DNA of 64,000 nucleotides from Pseudovirgaria hyperparasitica. Taxonomy: Eukaryota. The stretch's first letter is position 1, and each line of letters begins with the position of its first letter. The notes under the pieces are model-generated. The model had not been told where the DNA came from and made no database searches. It saw nothing but the letters and a program-made list of their open reading frames with translations. Position numbers and translations under genes: made by a program. The stretch is from assembly GCA_010093815.1 (NCBI GenBank), contig ML996571.1. One strand, written 5' to 3'. This document shows positions 1 to 12,692 of this stretch, piece by piece.

Positions 1-2465
1 GCCTGCGCCACTGCGCGCGCCACTTGCTTATCTCTTACACTATGTGACAGTCCCTGTATAGACCTTTCTTGCTGTGGAGAACTTCGTTGGCGAGTGGAAC
101 CAGTTTGTGATCTTCCATATTTTAGACTCTGATACTCCTCATACTACTCCTGTTGTTAAGACTATGTTGATAGGATATCTTTCTCTTGCGCTTGATAGCC
201 AGCTCTTTCTTTTACTTGTCTCGCCAGTGGGAGGCCAGTCCCCGCGAAGGCCAGATGCTTGTGACGAGCATTGAGTATGCAGGAACGATGGCTGAGACTC
301 TGCTACATCTCTTGAATCAAGTGCCCTTGCCGTCTGAAGAGTTTGTCTCTCTCTCGAGGCTCTCAACTGTGCATTCTCCTTGTGCGTTGGTATTATGATT
401 CTATTGCACCAGTCTGGACCTATTGAGCCTTTTTTTTCTTTTCACACACGGCTATTATCTCTTACCTCTCTATTTTTGTGTCCGTAAGGTAGTGTATTCC
501 TTTTGGAAATTCGGTGACGACGACCAGAAAGACGATGAGCTGGAGTTCTTCGCCTGGTAGGAGGAGAGGGTATTTGTAGGACTAGGAGAGTAAGGACTGA
601 TAATTGAATTTACTGCGTACAATTGCTGTAATTGCAGTTAGGCATTCTTTGTGGTGAGATTGCAGTCCGGACTCTGCTGCTGTTCCCCTTGTCCAGTACT
701 TTGACACAAATCGCAAGTCTTGGCAAAAACAGGAGTTTGCCCAGTCACGCAAAACATTCCCACACCCGTTTTCTCAAGAAACTGGGCATTAGTTTGGTCC
801 CAGATACCGCATCATACCAAAAGGCTTATATACGACCGTCTAGCTACGTGGTATACTAAGCAGATATACCAGCAACTACACCCAGCTATGATGGCAACCT
901 ACGTCAAACCCGCTCTCTAGAATCTCTGGTATTCCCTAATTTTTCTCGTACAGATACATACAACATAGATTCCAGGAGCACACCAAGAAAAACTTATCTC
1001 AATGTAGACATACGCTTTCACTGGATGTCTGAGACTCCAGCCATTCGCACATTCTACGTCCAACGCAATAATGAACCTATCTAAGGTCCAAGTAGATTGA
1101 TTCATGATTTAGATTCTGCGCGTTACCGTCTCTGAGTGCAAGCTTTGCTCAACCTACGGCCTGTTCTCCGGCAACCGTTAGAGGAGGTAGTATGATTGTC
1201 TACTAATATTTAGAACTCTTATGGCCACTTGGAGCTATCCTGGTCTCAATGAGATAAGTGCCTTCTATCAATCTACTGGGTCTGCGTTCTGACTGAGTCA
1301 CAGGATTCCAGCCCTATAGTGTACTTCAATTGCGTCTCGATGACCACTGCCGCCCATCTACCTTCCTTCCAGGGCGAACGAATACAAATATCCAGCACAA
1401 TCAAGATAAATATACAAAGAAGTGGAAGACATGATATCTGACATCGACCGCCCTTCACAGAACTCTGCCGCCACAAGAACAGGGGATAGTAAAGTGTCAA
1501 ATGAGGGCAAGCACTGAAAGCTAAATCGCTGGAGGCCTTTGTCAAGATACATTACGATATTAGCTGCTAGATAATCAATGGCGGTTTTGGGCAGCAGTGT
1601 ATAACACATACTCAGATAATAGGTACTACGGTTCGGGTTGGAATCAGTCTATATTCTCGTACCTTGCATAGAATATCGCAATAGAAGTTCAAGGGTTGAG
1701 TCTCGTGTCTTGTGTCTCGTTCAGTTCATACATGGCTGCAGTGAGCTTTATGATTCATTTAACACACCAATGGTAACAATGTCGTATTTTGATGGTTTTG
1801 GTATTTGAGAATGGGTAGCACTTCGTCGGGACTGCCTTGCCTCTATAGAGGGCTATATTGAAAGTAATACTCACTAGTCGTGAGTTCTATACCTCTTCCA
1901 TCTTTCTCAAGTGAGAGTGGTTCTGTCTGAATGAGCGGTTGTCTCTTGTCAAGGAAGGCAGTCTTGGAAGAGTTCTACCTAGCTCAGTGCCCTGTCTGTT
2001 GTAGGAACTGGGCCATACCAGCGCTTTTGTCTCTTCTTTCCGTCTGTATATATACCAGCTATGAGTTGCCTTGTCAGTCTTTCCCTCCATATGGAACTCT
2101 CATTGCCGGCCATGGAGCTGCAGTCAGATGCTCGGGCCAGTGCCCCTGAGTGCTACCTAAGGAGATGAATCAGCACTGAGCTAGGCTATCTGCTTTCAAT
2201 GGCGGTCTGACAAGGGTATCGTGAAGCCTTGTGAATAGGCTCGTGCTATTCGAAAGCCTGTTTTGAGTCGTCTGACCTTGGTTAGCTCGATCATTTCGCC
2301 GCTCAATACCACGCTAGCCCGAGAGCTGTTCGCTTATAACATTTCATTTCCCGCCTGATCTCCATCTTTCTTCCATCCCACAACATCACCCTGTTTTTCA
2401 ACCAGACTTTCTACCGCTCATCTCAAAAATCACACAAATCACGTTACAACCTTTTCACTATCACA

Positions 2466-2986
2466 ATGGCACCAAAGAATGGCACCAAAGCAATCGATTG
2501 GAAAGATCCGGGTGCTGATGCTAAGGTGAGTTCAAGGAGGGCCTTGGATATCTCCATACCGTTTGGTTTGAACTTAAAATCTGACTGTGAACAGCTTCTC
2601 GCAGCTATCTTGATCTGCGCCGATCTCAAGATTACCAGTGAGCTTAAAGCGAAGATCAATGTCTTCCTCGGACTCGGTATGTCTCCATTGCTTGCTCACT
2701 TCACATCACCTACTCTTGATTTTCTCGCTATTTCATGACCCATACTAACAACTAGGTAGACCCAAAGTCTCAATCAATTGATCATCGCATCCGTGCGGTC
2801 AAGAAGTCTGCCGAAGTGCAAGATGATGCGAACGACAGCGAGGCTTCAGTGAAGCCCATCAAAGCAATCAAGAAGAGAGTTCCCCGCGATACCTCTGAGG
2901 AAGGTTTTCAGGCCCAGTCCCCACCCAACAAGATGCGCAACACTCGCTCTTACCTGAAGAGGGAGAGCAGTTCCGAGTACGAGTGA
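2466..2986 (+). CDS. Small 3-exon basic protein, probable fungal Myb-like/HTH DNA-binding domain
   Basis: Exons 2466-2525, 2595-2676 and 2760-2986. Introns are GTGAGT..CTGAC..CAG and GTATGT..CTAAC..TAG. The spliced product is MAPKNGTKAIDWKDPGADAK-LLAAILICADLKITSELKAKINVFLGL-DPKSQSIDHRIRAVKK plus a K/R/S/E-rich tail. The W..D.KLL.AIL...G....I.HR...KK pattern resembles fungal Myb-like domains (family call is inference). Confidence 0.7.
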
Positions 2987-5369
2987 TCTTTCGAGCTGGA
3001 GCAAGCTCCAAAGCTCTGTGAGCTTGGGAAGACGCCACTTCTTGTGCAGTCTGGGGGGTCAAAACCCGGGCTCAATATGGGAGACCCGAGGTTTCAACAG
3101 CAGTGGGAGTAGCTATTTTATATAGCTAGGAGTGCAAATGAATGGTTTCGCAAGTTGAAATGCTTTGAGATGTACACTTGCACCGAGTGAATACACTTTG
3201 TTTACTTTGTGAACCCGTATTGGTAAGCGTATTGCTGACCTGCATACAGACTAGGCTTTCCTTTATGGTCCTTTACATCAATGTATTAAACCCTCAACTA
3301 CTGCGTTGGTCGTAGAATACGACTATTGAGTCACGAAAGCTGTAAAGTTCTCTTCTGCCATACTACAAAGCAGTACCGTGGGGTTTGTTCTCATAATTGC
3401 AGTAATGACCGAAGTCTGCGGGCTGTCATATTGATGTGGTATCACTCTTCCAAACGAGAAAGATGCGCCAATTCCTCTTATGCCACATCAGCTTTCTTTT
3501 GCTGGTATCCGATGCTTCTGATCTAACCTGAGCGGCACTTAGCCGGAGTAGTGAAAGGTCAGCTGGGTAGGAGATATCTTGGAGACATCTTGGAGACTGT
3601 GATAGACGTTAGTTGTACTTGTCGGGGCTGATTCCAAAGCCTTTGGCTGTGGTGGATGCTGTTGAGAAGATGATCAGCTCGATATCTGAGCCGTATAGAC
3701 CGTACAAGAGTCGTCAGCGTGCGAGGAACCTGTAAATCAGGACGATATAAGCTGGATTAGGCTATTGTATCAGAGATTTCGATATTCGCAAGTCTTCATA
3801 CACAGTTCATAAGTTGTAAATATTGTAATGAGCTCGGTGGTGACTGGTCTCGCCCTTGAGGTGATCTTCAGACATCAAGTAGACGGTGATTGGATCGCGT
3901 CAAAATTATCTTCAGAGATTCCTTCCTTTGCAAACAGCTTTATGATTGCAAAAGTTTGACTTCTGCTTCGCCAACTTCCACGATGACGCGTTTCGTCTCT
4001 AGAGGATAATCATGACCACGCCTCTAGCTAGCCATATTTCCAGGTTTTCTCGCCTGCTATGATGGCAGTATACAGACCCTGGTTCCTGTTGATGCGGTGC
4101 ATAGAACTAATGAAATCAAAGTTCGGCGCCAGGGCAGAAGTGACTTTTCGGCCAAAGGTCAATCCCTTATTTTTCCGCCACTATCAACCACACAGTCCTC
4201 ACTTACGAGAGCGATGGCTTTTTTTAAAGACCTTATCATAGTCTGGTGTCCCACTGATGTGATACCTTCTTGTTCTTGATGTCACTGACTCAGGACTACG
4301 GTGAAACATTTGTATCAAGGGTATATTTCTTTTGTCAACTTTGTCTCTTTCCCTGATTCTTCGATCGTATTCTTCTCAGACTTCTCCATTTCTCGCGTAC
4401 CGATATTTAGATCCTAGACTTGGACGCCTCGTTAAATTCTCCAATACTAATATTACACGATCAGACCACCCGGGTATCATTCAACATGATCAGAATTGTA
4501 ACAACACAAGTACATTCCCTTGCGAGACTTCTCCTTTGTACTGCTTTGCAAGCAATGAATTTTCATCGTCAAGTAGAACCATGCCCTTCGAATTGTAGAA
4601 CGAGCATGGAAAACATTCAAGTATCGACCTCGTTTTCAACTTAAGATGAATTGATCTCAAGTTAAAGTGGCCAAGGAAAATGTATTATGCAACTCCATTA
4701 CAATAAATTCTGCTATGTACATTTCTCCCATACCTGGAGCATGATGAACAAAATAATACCGAATTATTCCCTACTTGATTTCTGTCCGCTTGTGATTCTA
4801 CATCGCCTGTGCCCATGATGGGAGGTCTAGAAGCTTAGCTGGCATTGTTCTCCGTCTTGATTGGGGAAGTCGAAGTCACGTGTCGTACTCACGCGCGCTG
4901 TTATTATGTACTTCGTATTTGATGACAAGATGGATAGCGAGGGACGCTGGGGTGCGAACACTACAGAAACTTTAAATAACCCGCTCGCCCACTGCTCGTT
5001 GAGCTAACCAAAGCAGGAAACTCAAACCCTGCCGCTTTGAGTATGGCACGCTCGATCCGGTCCACACTTAAGTTCTAGTGTACTGTAGACATACGCCACT
5101 TCTGATGTTGGTACCCATCGATGCCAAATATGTTATAGGCAGGCTCGTAATAGTAGAGTATGCATTGAGATCACGTACGTACTCATGACCTGCATCGAAG
5201 CTAGAGGCGAACGCTACTTGTATTATTCGTTGCACACTTGCGGTACAGATTAAAAAGAACTTCCCATATGCTGCATGGCTGCGTCTATTCTCTATATACC
5301 GTAGGGAAACCGTGGACCACCGACAGAGAAATTCTAGGCACAATACTTGAGGCATAAGGAGCGAATTTA

Positions 5370-7267
5370 TCAGAAAACGGAGACTCCTTCCTTGCAAACA
5401 ATGGGTCCCTCTGCTGGCTGTACCAGCTCGGTGATCATTGCCGCAACTTCTTCGAGCCGACCGAGAACAACTTTATTGCCCTCTATGAAAGAAAAGCACT
5501 TATATTGAACTTGTGTCTTCGAGCAAAATTCTTTGACCAACACTTGTAAGCTTCGCAAGTTGTGCCTCGGAACGCGAGGGAACAAGTGGTGCACGGCCTG
5601 GAATTGCAAGCCGCCATGCAGCCAATCCAACCATTCTGGGCATTCAACATCCATGGTAGTTCGCAACTGATGCTGAGGGAATGACTCGATGGGTCCAAGA
5701 TTCGAAGTCGGCATCCCCCAGTGGCTTAGGGTGATCTGAACGTGTAGCAACATGGTAGACGCATGTGAGATAACAACGAAACCAATGCGTGTCGGCCAGT
5801 CAGGTAGGGTACACCAGACAAGACCATAACCGAAGATCGTCCAGTAGCACAGCATGAAAGCGATCTCGAGAGCGTCTACCCAAGGTTGTGCGCGCTGACT
5901 GCCGATCAAAAGATACCACCAGGATAGTGCGTACAGGTTGAACCGCGCAAGTGCCATTACTGGATAGTACGTCCATTTTTGCCATGCTACGAGTCGATCT
6001 GCAGCAGCGTCCCAAGTAAACTCGGAGCCGTAAAAGGTACTTATGATTGACTTGAAGTAAGTTGGGGATGTGGAGAACAGAGGTACGTTTTGTAGATCAG
6101 GATCGTGCTCCTACAAACGTGAATAAGAGATCCAGGGCTAGTTTCAAGCGCAAACTTACAGGCATATTCGTGACCAAGTGATGCACGTTGTGGGACTGCT
6201 TCCACCAGCCTATGGAGAGCCCGCAGCAAAAATCCGCAACGAAGGTTCCAATCAACGTGTCCGAGACCAGGTTTCCTGTGATACCTCGGTGTCCAGCATC
6301 ATGAGCGACAAACATTATCTGGTGCTTCGAGGCAGTCAGTAATGTTCTCCTAGCAGGATCTTAAGATTGACACACCCAGAACATGCCCAGAAAGACTGAG
6401 GAGACCAAATAGTGCTCCTTAATCAAGAAGAACAGAAAGGCGCCAAAGAGAGCGGCATAGCGGATTCCCTCCTTCGCGTACTCAGAATATCGGCAGACGT
6501 AGAAGCCATCCTTTCGAATCCGTTCGTGTAAGGTCTCGTACTCTGCGCATATTGCTCGCTGTGTTTCGTCATCAACAGCCGGATAAGCCTGCACCTGGGC
6601 TATGGTCTCTCTTTCTTCTATCGCCGCGATCTTTGTGTTTCGATTGCAGTCGGAGGGGTTCAGAGGCTTCTACTAAGGTTAGCAAATTGACGCCTTCGTA
6701 CTTGACGAAAGGTGTTACCCAAGTCGTTCAATCGTAGGAAAATGTAAAAGCAAGGATCTTACGCTCGCGTAGCCGGTACATGCTATACTGTCGCCGAATT
6801 TCTCACTACCATCCGAGATGAGTAGCTCTTCTTTCTGTATGTCTCTCACGTATTGCCCTCCTTGCGTTGGGGGGACGATGTTAACCCAGGGCTTTTCAAG
6901 TCTACCTATACGGAAGGGTTTCATGAGAAGTCGCGTACGGTGATTGTGGTAACTGCGCGGTTTCAGTATGGAATGACACAATCGATGTATAAAGACACGG
7001 CTTGTGAGCTTGTTCACTCATTCAGTAAACAGTCTTCTCACACAGACATGCGCGACCGTGAGAGCTTCTCGGGTGAAATTTGACATACGCATTGATCTCG
7101 CAAGTTGCGTCTCTTCCAACCATATGCAGAATAACGAGCTTTCCACCCGGGTGCTGGTCGAGCCAACTGTCAAGTCGTAAGACGTAGCCATCGTAAATGA
7201 CAATTTGTTGCCCGACTGAAATAAGGTCTTTGATCTGTCCTGCGGAAAAGAAAATAGAGCGACTCAT
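5370..7267 (-). CDS. SLD1: Delta-8 sphingolipid desaturase (cytochrome b5 fusion fatty-acid desaturase), 5 exons
   Basis: N-terminal cytochrome b5 HPGG motif (WLDQHPGGKLVILHMVGRDAT). Three His boxes HDAGH, HNVHH and QAVHH, plus EHDPD and QLRTTMDV. Four introns (including ~6953-7088 and 6670-6762) join the ORF fragments in frame. Confidence 0.9.
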
Positions 7268-10029
7268 CAATGCGGCTGCCTGGAAGTTAGTTATCGAGGT
7301 CAGAGACCGATCTGATTTGAGAATGGATTCCTGAGCGATGTGAGGTATTTTTGAGGTGGAGAGGTTGAAGAGTGTGAAGAGCGGACATATAATACAGAAG
7401 GTGTATGCAAGGGATGTTGTACAAAGGCATGCGCACAGATACAGAAGGCACGCAGGCGGTTGTAAATGAACCTTTGAGCTCGCCAAGGCCCAATTGCAGT
7501 ATGGTGAACGGCATAAAGTGAACAGAGGGCAAAAGATTGCAGGTAACAGCGGGCGTTTGATGGGCGGCAGTCGAAATGCGCAACATCTGCCAAGTGTTGT
7601 CGTAGCTCATAGCTCTTGGCATGATGGGGAGGCTCTTTTGCCATCCATGGATCTGTGCAAAGGGAAAGGGGACGACGTCTATGTCACCAGTAACCAGTCT
7701 AGCTATAAGCAGCCCGGGGCCCTGCTTTTACTGTGGGTTTGCCCTCCACATTTGAAGGATCCTACCTATCGTCGTCCACTTGCAAGTCGCACGCGTGCTA
7801 GCACGAGCGATATGACTTGCCTCTTCTATGCAGGGGATTGGTTCTAGGCCCGAGGCGCAGCGGTAGACGGCGACGCACGCGTGCGACGGTGCAACGCGTT
7901 TCATGGAATTGTTGAATTTCCGTAGCTTCTCGCCGGGCCGTAGAACCTATCAGATTCAGCCCATTCCGACCGATGCAGAGCATTCGCCGGCCCGTGGCGT
8001 AGATTTGCAGCTCGGTTACATGTGTCCTCGGGACTTGAAGAGAAACTACGTGCCGTAGTGAAAGAATGTAGTGGAAATGGGCTGTCTGATCCTGCTAAGG
8101 GCGGGAACATTCCCCGCACGTCTTCGCCCTTCCTAAATGGCGGGGAGAAAAATGGTCAGAAGATGGAGAAGGCTTGCAATGATGACAGAATCGAGGTTAA
8201 TGTAAGTCGTGGGGATGCGCACATTGATTACATTAGATGAACATGGAACAATAAAAGTGCGCGGCCGTGAGAAATCCGTACGCCCGGAATAGACTCCGCC
8301 CGGACCCTTTCTTTCAGTCACGAATGGGAACCTTCAAAACCCACCGGCGCAGGAGCATAACTGTCATCCGGCTGTCATCGCGCGGCCCGAAGAAGTATGA
8401 CATCATATCCGCGCTCATCTCTTGGGGTGTGCGCGTGTCAGCCGTATTTAGTCACGCGATACCGTGATACGCAATAGATTAATGCACAAAGCATACTGAG
8501 CTTTACTTTAGACACTACAGCTGCTATCTCACAGTACACTCGGGCAACTGCACTTTAAGCATATCAAGACCCTGATATCACGCCATTTTCAACTTCTCGG
8601 ATCTACTACGCCTCGTATTTGCTCGGTAGGGCTCGGATGCATGATCCGCAATGAGCCGGAATAGTTTTATTACTCTATTATATCCACGCACCGAGACATA
8701 TACGTGGTAAATACTACACAAGAATATGTGTCTATCTACTGGTTCTCTATATTCATTCCCCCGGTTCTCATGGCCCAAGTTTGCGTCTCGGGTTCCGTCG
8801 GCTATTAATACAGACTTGTCATCATCTTGAACAGAAAATCCATTAGAATGTTGGTGTTTCAACCTCGTGATATCGTGGATGCGACAAAATAGATTGTATT
8901 GTTGGAAATATCCCGCAATAGTGCCGACTGCCGTACAAATCGCCGAACGAGCCTGAGTGGATCCACAACTGAAACGTGTGCGGGTAAGGGTCCATTGAAA
9001 TTAAGCCGCAGAATACTACATAAATCATGAAGCGCAAAGTGCCGAGAACTCTGGAGATTCAGGTCATCACCTTCAAGATCATCATATTATACTTACATCG
9101 TAGGGTAGACATGAGGCTTCTTCATAAATTTACCAGCATCGTCGGAGATTTATTCATCGGATGAGGCATAACGAAAGCCTAGCTTGGTTAAACCATAAGA
9201 GTGCGGCGACGTCTATTGACAGCACCAAGGATCTCTATAGAATATTGCGCCCTCCAAGAAGATCAATCCTAAAAGGGTTACAAGCTACACAGATGTCAAG
9301 GTATCCGTGTGAAATGACATACAAAGAGTCGAGAGAACCACTGAGACATACAGAAACTGTCTTGAATTTGAACGAATCACTTCGCGCTGTCGTCAATGAG
9401 CAGACTGTACCTGTGAGCTGATCTTATCAGGCTTCACTCCATCAAGACCCTGGCTTAATTTGCATTCAAGCGAATCCGACGGACGTGAGGTCCAGAACGC
9501 ATCACCATCGACACTTGCCGCACTTTCAATGAAAATCCTCAGAATGTATCCTGGTAACAGAACGCTCTTTGGTAGCTAACGGATGAGACATAGCATTTCT
9601 AGTGTCCTTGACACAGGCATGGGAAAAAACAAATTCCTCCATAGTGACATAAATCTGCAGAGTATGACCTATTTTTGGCAGTCTTGTATAGACGACTTCT
9701 GCAAAGATCTAACATTTTCTACGTCTAGCCACGCGAATACATAAAAGAGCCGAAAGATAAACCACTTACTGGGGTGGAGCGATGTCTTTGTTCCTTACAC
9801 AACGCGAGACCCATATCAACATCCTTTAGATCTGGGCATTATTTCATTAGCATAATACCCACAAGTCTAAGATTCGAATTTCAACAACATGAGTAAATTT
9901 TCCATGGCTAGTGCTATCGTTTAAGTTGTTAACACCCAATAACTCTTATAAACACGAGACTAACAATTCTCGGATGTGCATAGATCGATTACTTTCTGAC
10001 GTTTCAATCTCACCTCTTTTTCTATCTGT

Positions 10030-11317
10030 CTAAATCAGATCTGCAGCGACATTGCTAACATGAAACACACCCCCTACTCCAACAATCCAAATTCCATTCT
10101 TCTCAAACACCAAATTGACCGCCAGATTCGGAGCCTTCATTCTAATGCTTCCAATTGTAAGTCCTGTTTCCGGGTCAATTACGTCTACCGTCTCCCGCGC
10201 GCCCACAAACAGATACCCCTCCTTACTCGCATGAATACCATCATAGTACCAGGCAAGCGGCTCGTTCAATAACCTCTTGTTCTCTAGCACAGGAAGTTTC
10301 TTGCCTGTCTTCTTAGAGACAGAAAAATCGTACGAATATAGACTACGCTGCGCGTATGGATCGAGACGCGTTGGTCGACTCCCAGATACACCTGTTTCCT
10401 GCATGTATATCGTCTTGCCATCAGGCGAAATTGTCACACCATTCGTATTTCCAGTGCTTGGATCTGTCCCATGTAGGACTTTCGGGCGGAGGGTTGTCCC
10501 ATTGATGAAATACGTCTGTGGGCGTGTTGGGGGCGCATATGGAGTGACGGCTTTCCCATACCCAGATTTGCTGTCAGTGAAGTAAAAGTTTCCTTCGGGG
10601 TCCATGGCAATGTCATTCAGCGCCCCAAATGGTTGCTCATAGTAGTGATTCAGTAGTGAAGTCTTGACCCAGGTTTGAGGGTCGATGACGGCAAGTTCAG
10701 CGGGTGCATCAAGGTTCCCGGCAACGCCACCGTCGTTCACGACGTAGAGTTTGCCGTCGCGTGCGTGGCACCCGTGATGGTTAATCAGAGGTGGGGTGGT
10801 CATGATGTTGCGCAGAGTGTTGGTCCTGGTATCGAGGAGGTATTGCAATGTGTGTACACCATTATCACCTCCTGGCGGGCCCCATTCTGTGAAGAATAGT
10901 TCACCGTTAGGGGTTAGACATGGGCCTTCGTGATTGATCTGGGACATCTCTTGGACATGTTCAAGAGACACACCTGGACCGATCAAGTCGAAGAATGCTT
11001 CATCATATGCGATGAACTCGGTCTCGTTAAGCTGCGCGTTCCTATGATTTGATGTTGGTAGGGATAAAGGGCATACTGGATGGTATAACTCACAATGCAT
11101 TGAGAGAATCTTCGGACGCTTGCGTATCCCATGGTGCCTGGAACGCAGTTCTGTTGAAGTGCCACGGTAAGGAGCGAAATTCAGGTGTCTCATATGTTAG
11201 CCAAGCCCATGTTGAGTTTTGGGGGCTAAAATTAGGAGGAAGTAACTTCAAGTATCTTGATCCCGCGATGACAGTGCATGCATGCGCGCATAACATTAAT
11301 ATGACTCGCATCCTCAT
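10030..11317 (-). CDS. Secreted SMP-30/gluconolactonase/LRE-family six-bladed beta-propeller protein
   Basis: Hydrophobic N-terminus MRMRVILMLCAHACTVIAG. Intron 11042-11093 (GTGAGT..ATAG) joins the 11090-11341 and 10030-11193 ORFs. Family metal-ligand motifs HEGP, LNDI, NGVTISPD and YDGI. TATAAA upstream at ~11376-11381. Confidence 0.85.
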
Positions 11318-12692
11318 GGATCTTGTACTCTGGTTTGGCAATCAAATCATGTAGACATTTCCGGCTTCGTGCGCTCTTTATATGTTTTGGGAATTTTCCA
11401 AGAAGCCTTTCATTAGTTTGGTCTTCGGCCTAGTTAGGCGACACGCCTCGGGAAGATCCCGTAGGTTGCCTTGTCCGTTGATGTAGCAGATGCTATTACT
11501 CCTGACCCACATTTATGTTCAGCCATTTTCTTCCATATTTGCTATAATATAATATGTTTATATAAATCAATCTCTATTCTTTTAATAGCTCATCTTTTTT
11601 TTTTCTTAGCTAGATCAATATTTAAAGACTAGAACACAGTTAAGGATCTGATCTTCTTGGCTTACTCGATTAGTCTATGTACTACTTGGTAAAGTATAGG
11701 CACTTATATCAGCGTATAGGAAATGAAAAAAGAGCGAGCGTGAGCATTAATGAGTGGTAAGAGTGATAGAATCAAGGTAACCAACGGATCCGGTCTTTGT
11801 TATCAGTCAGCCTCGTGGCCTACTTCTGTGTGTTTACATCCGGCGTAACCTTCGGTTACATCGCATGTGATCCTCTCCAACGCACTGGTATCTTTCGTGT
11901 CTCATTTATTTCAGGTACCGACATCTCATTGTCTAATACGGAAGTATACGGTATTAGCTCATGCTCCCAGTACATGCAACAAGTGATGAACAACAAGTGC
12001 GGCATCTTCAAGTGATGCAAGGAAGTTTTATTGTGCAGCTGAGTTGCATGACTAGTGCCTCTATGTGGCTCTCTACGAAACAATAAAAACTCGGAGTACA
12101 CCGACCCTATAGGATGGTGCATGTCGAGTCCATTCTGAGCATTTTAGCAAATGGCTCTATTTGAGCTCGGGCATTCACTACCTAGTATAGCTAGTGTAGC
12201 AAGTGACGCTTGGCCTCAAGGTAAATATGTACACACTCTTCACACTCGGCCCGTCTAAAGGCATAATTCAATCAATCAAACTTGGTGACAATTCGACACA
12301 CATATGTATAAGCCAATAATAAATCCCAGGGAATAAGCCTCGGTGCAATACAAATCCGACAAGGGAGCGATGATGTAAACTCGCTTTAGTTGCATGTCCC
12401 AAGCAGCTCCGCCAATGGCAACGCTGACATCGTGCCAGTGCGTACTCAAGGTCCTCATGCAATAATCAAAACCGAGACGGTGTGCGGCACAGCTTGGAAG
12501 AAGTGCTCGATAATTGACTCATATAATGCATGTTATAAGAGGCTGAGCTGGGTAACACGACTACAGTTGCCTCGACTCCTTTAACTTTCACCTGGGCGAG
12601 CAGGTCAATTGAGCACATAGTCCCAGTAGTGCACGCATCGAAGCACCACGGAAGCTCATATTCCAGAAAGCACGTCAAGTCACCAATCGAGA

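Noticed and set aside
505..535. TCGGTGACGACGACCAG resembling part of fungal 5S rRNA
   Set aside because: The flanks do not match 5S; a short chance similarity.
1..2200. Short ORFs / possible degraded gene or transposon
   Set aside because: Stop-interrupted frames with no recognisable protein motif, TIR or LTR. TBLASTX would be needed to say more.
11540..11700. AT-rich patch with poly-T between the lactonases as a RIP-degraded TE
   Set aside because: Too short and has no termini. It is equally explained as a nucleosome-depleted promoter tract.
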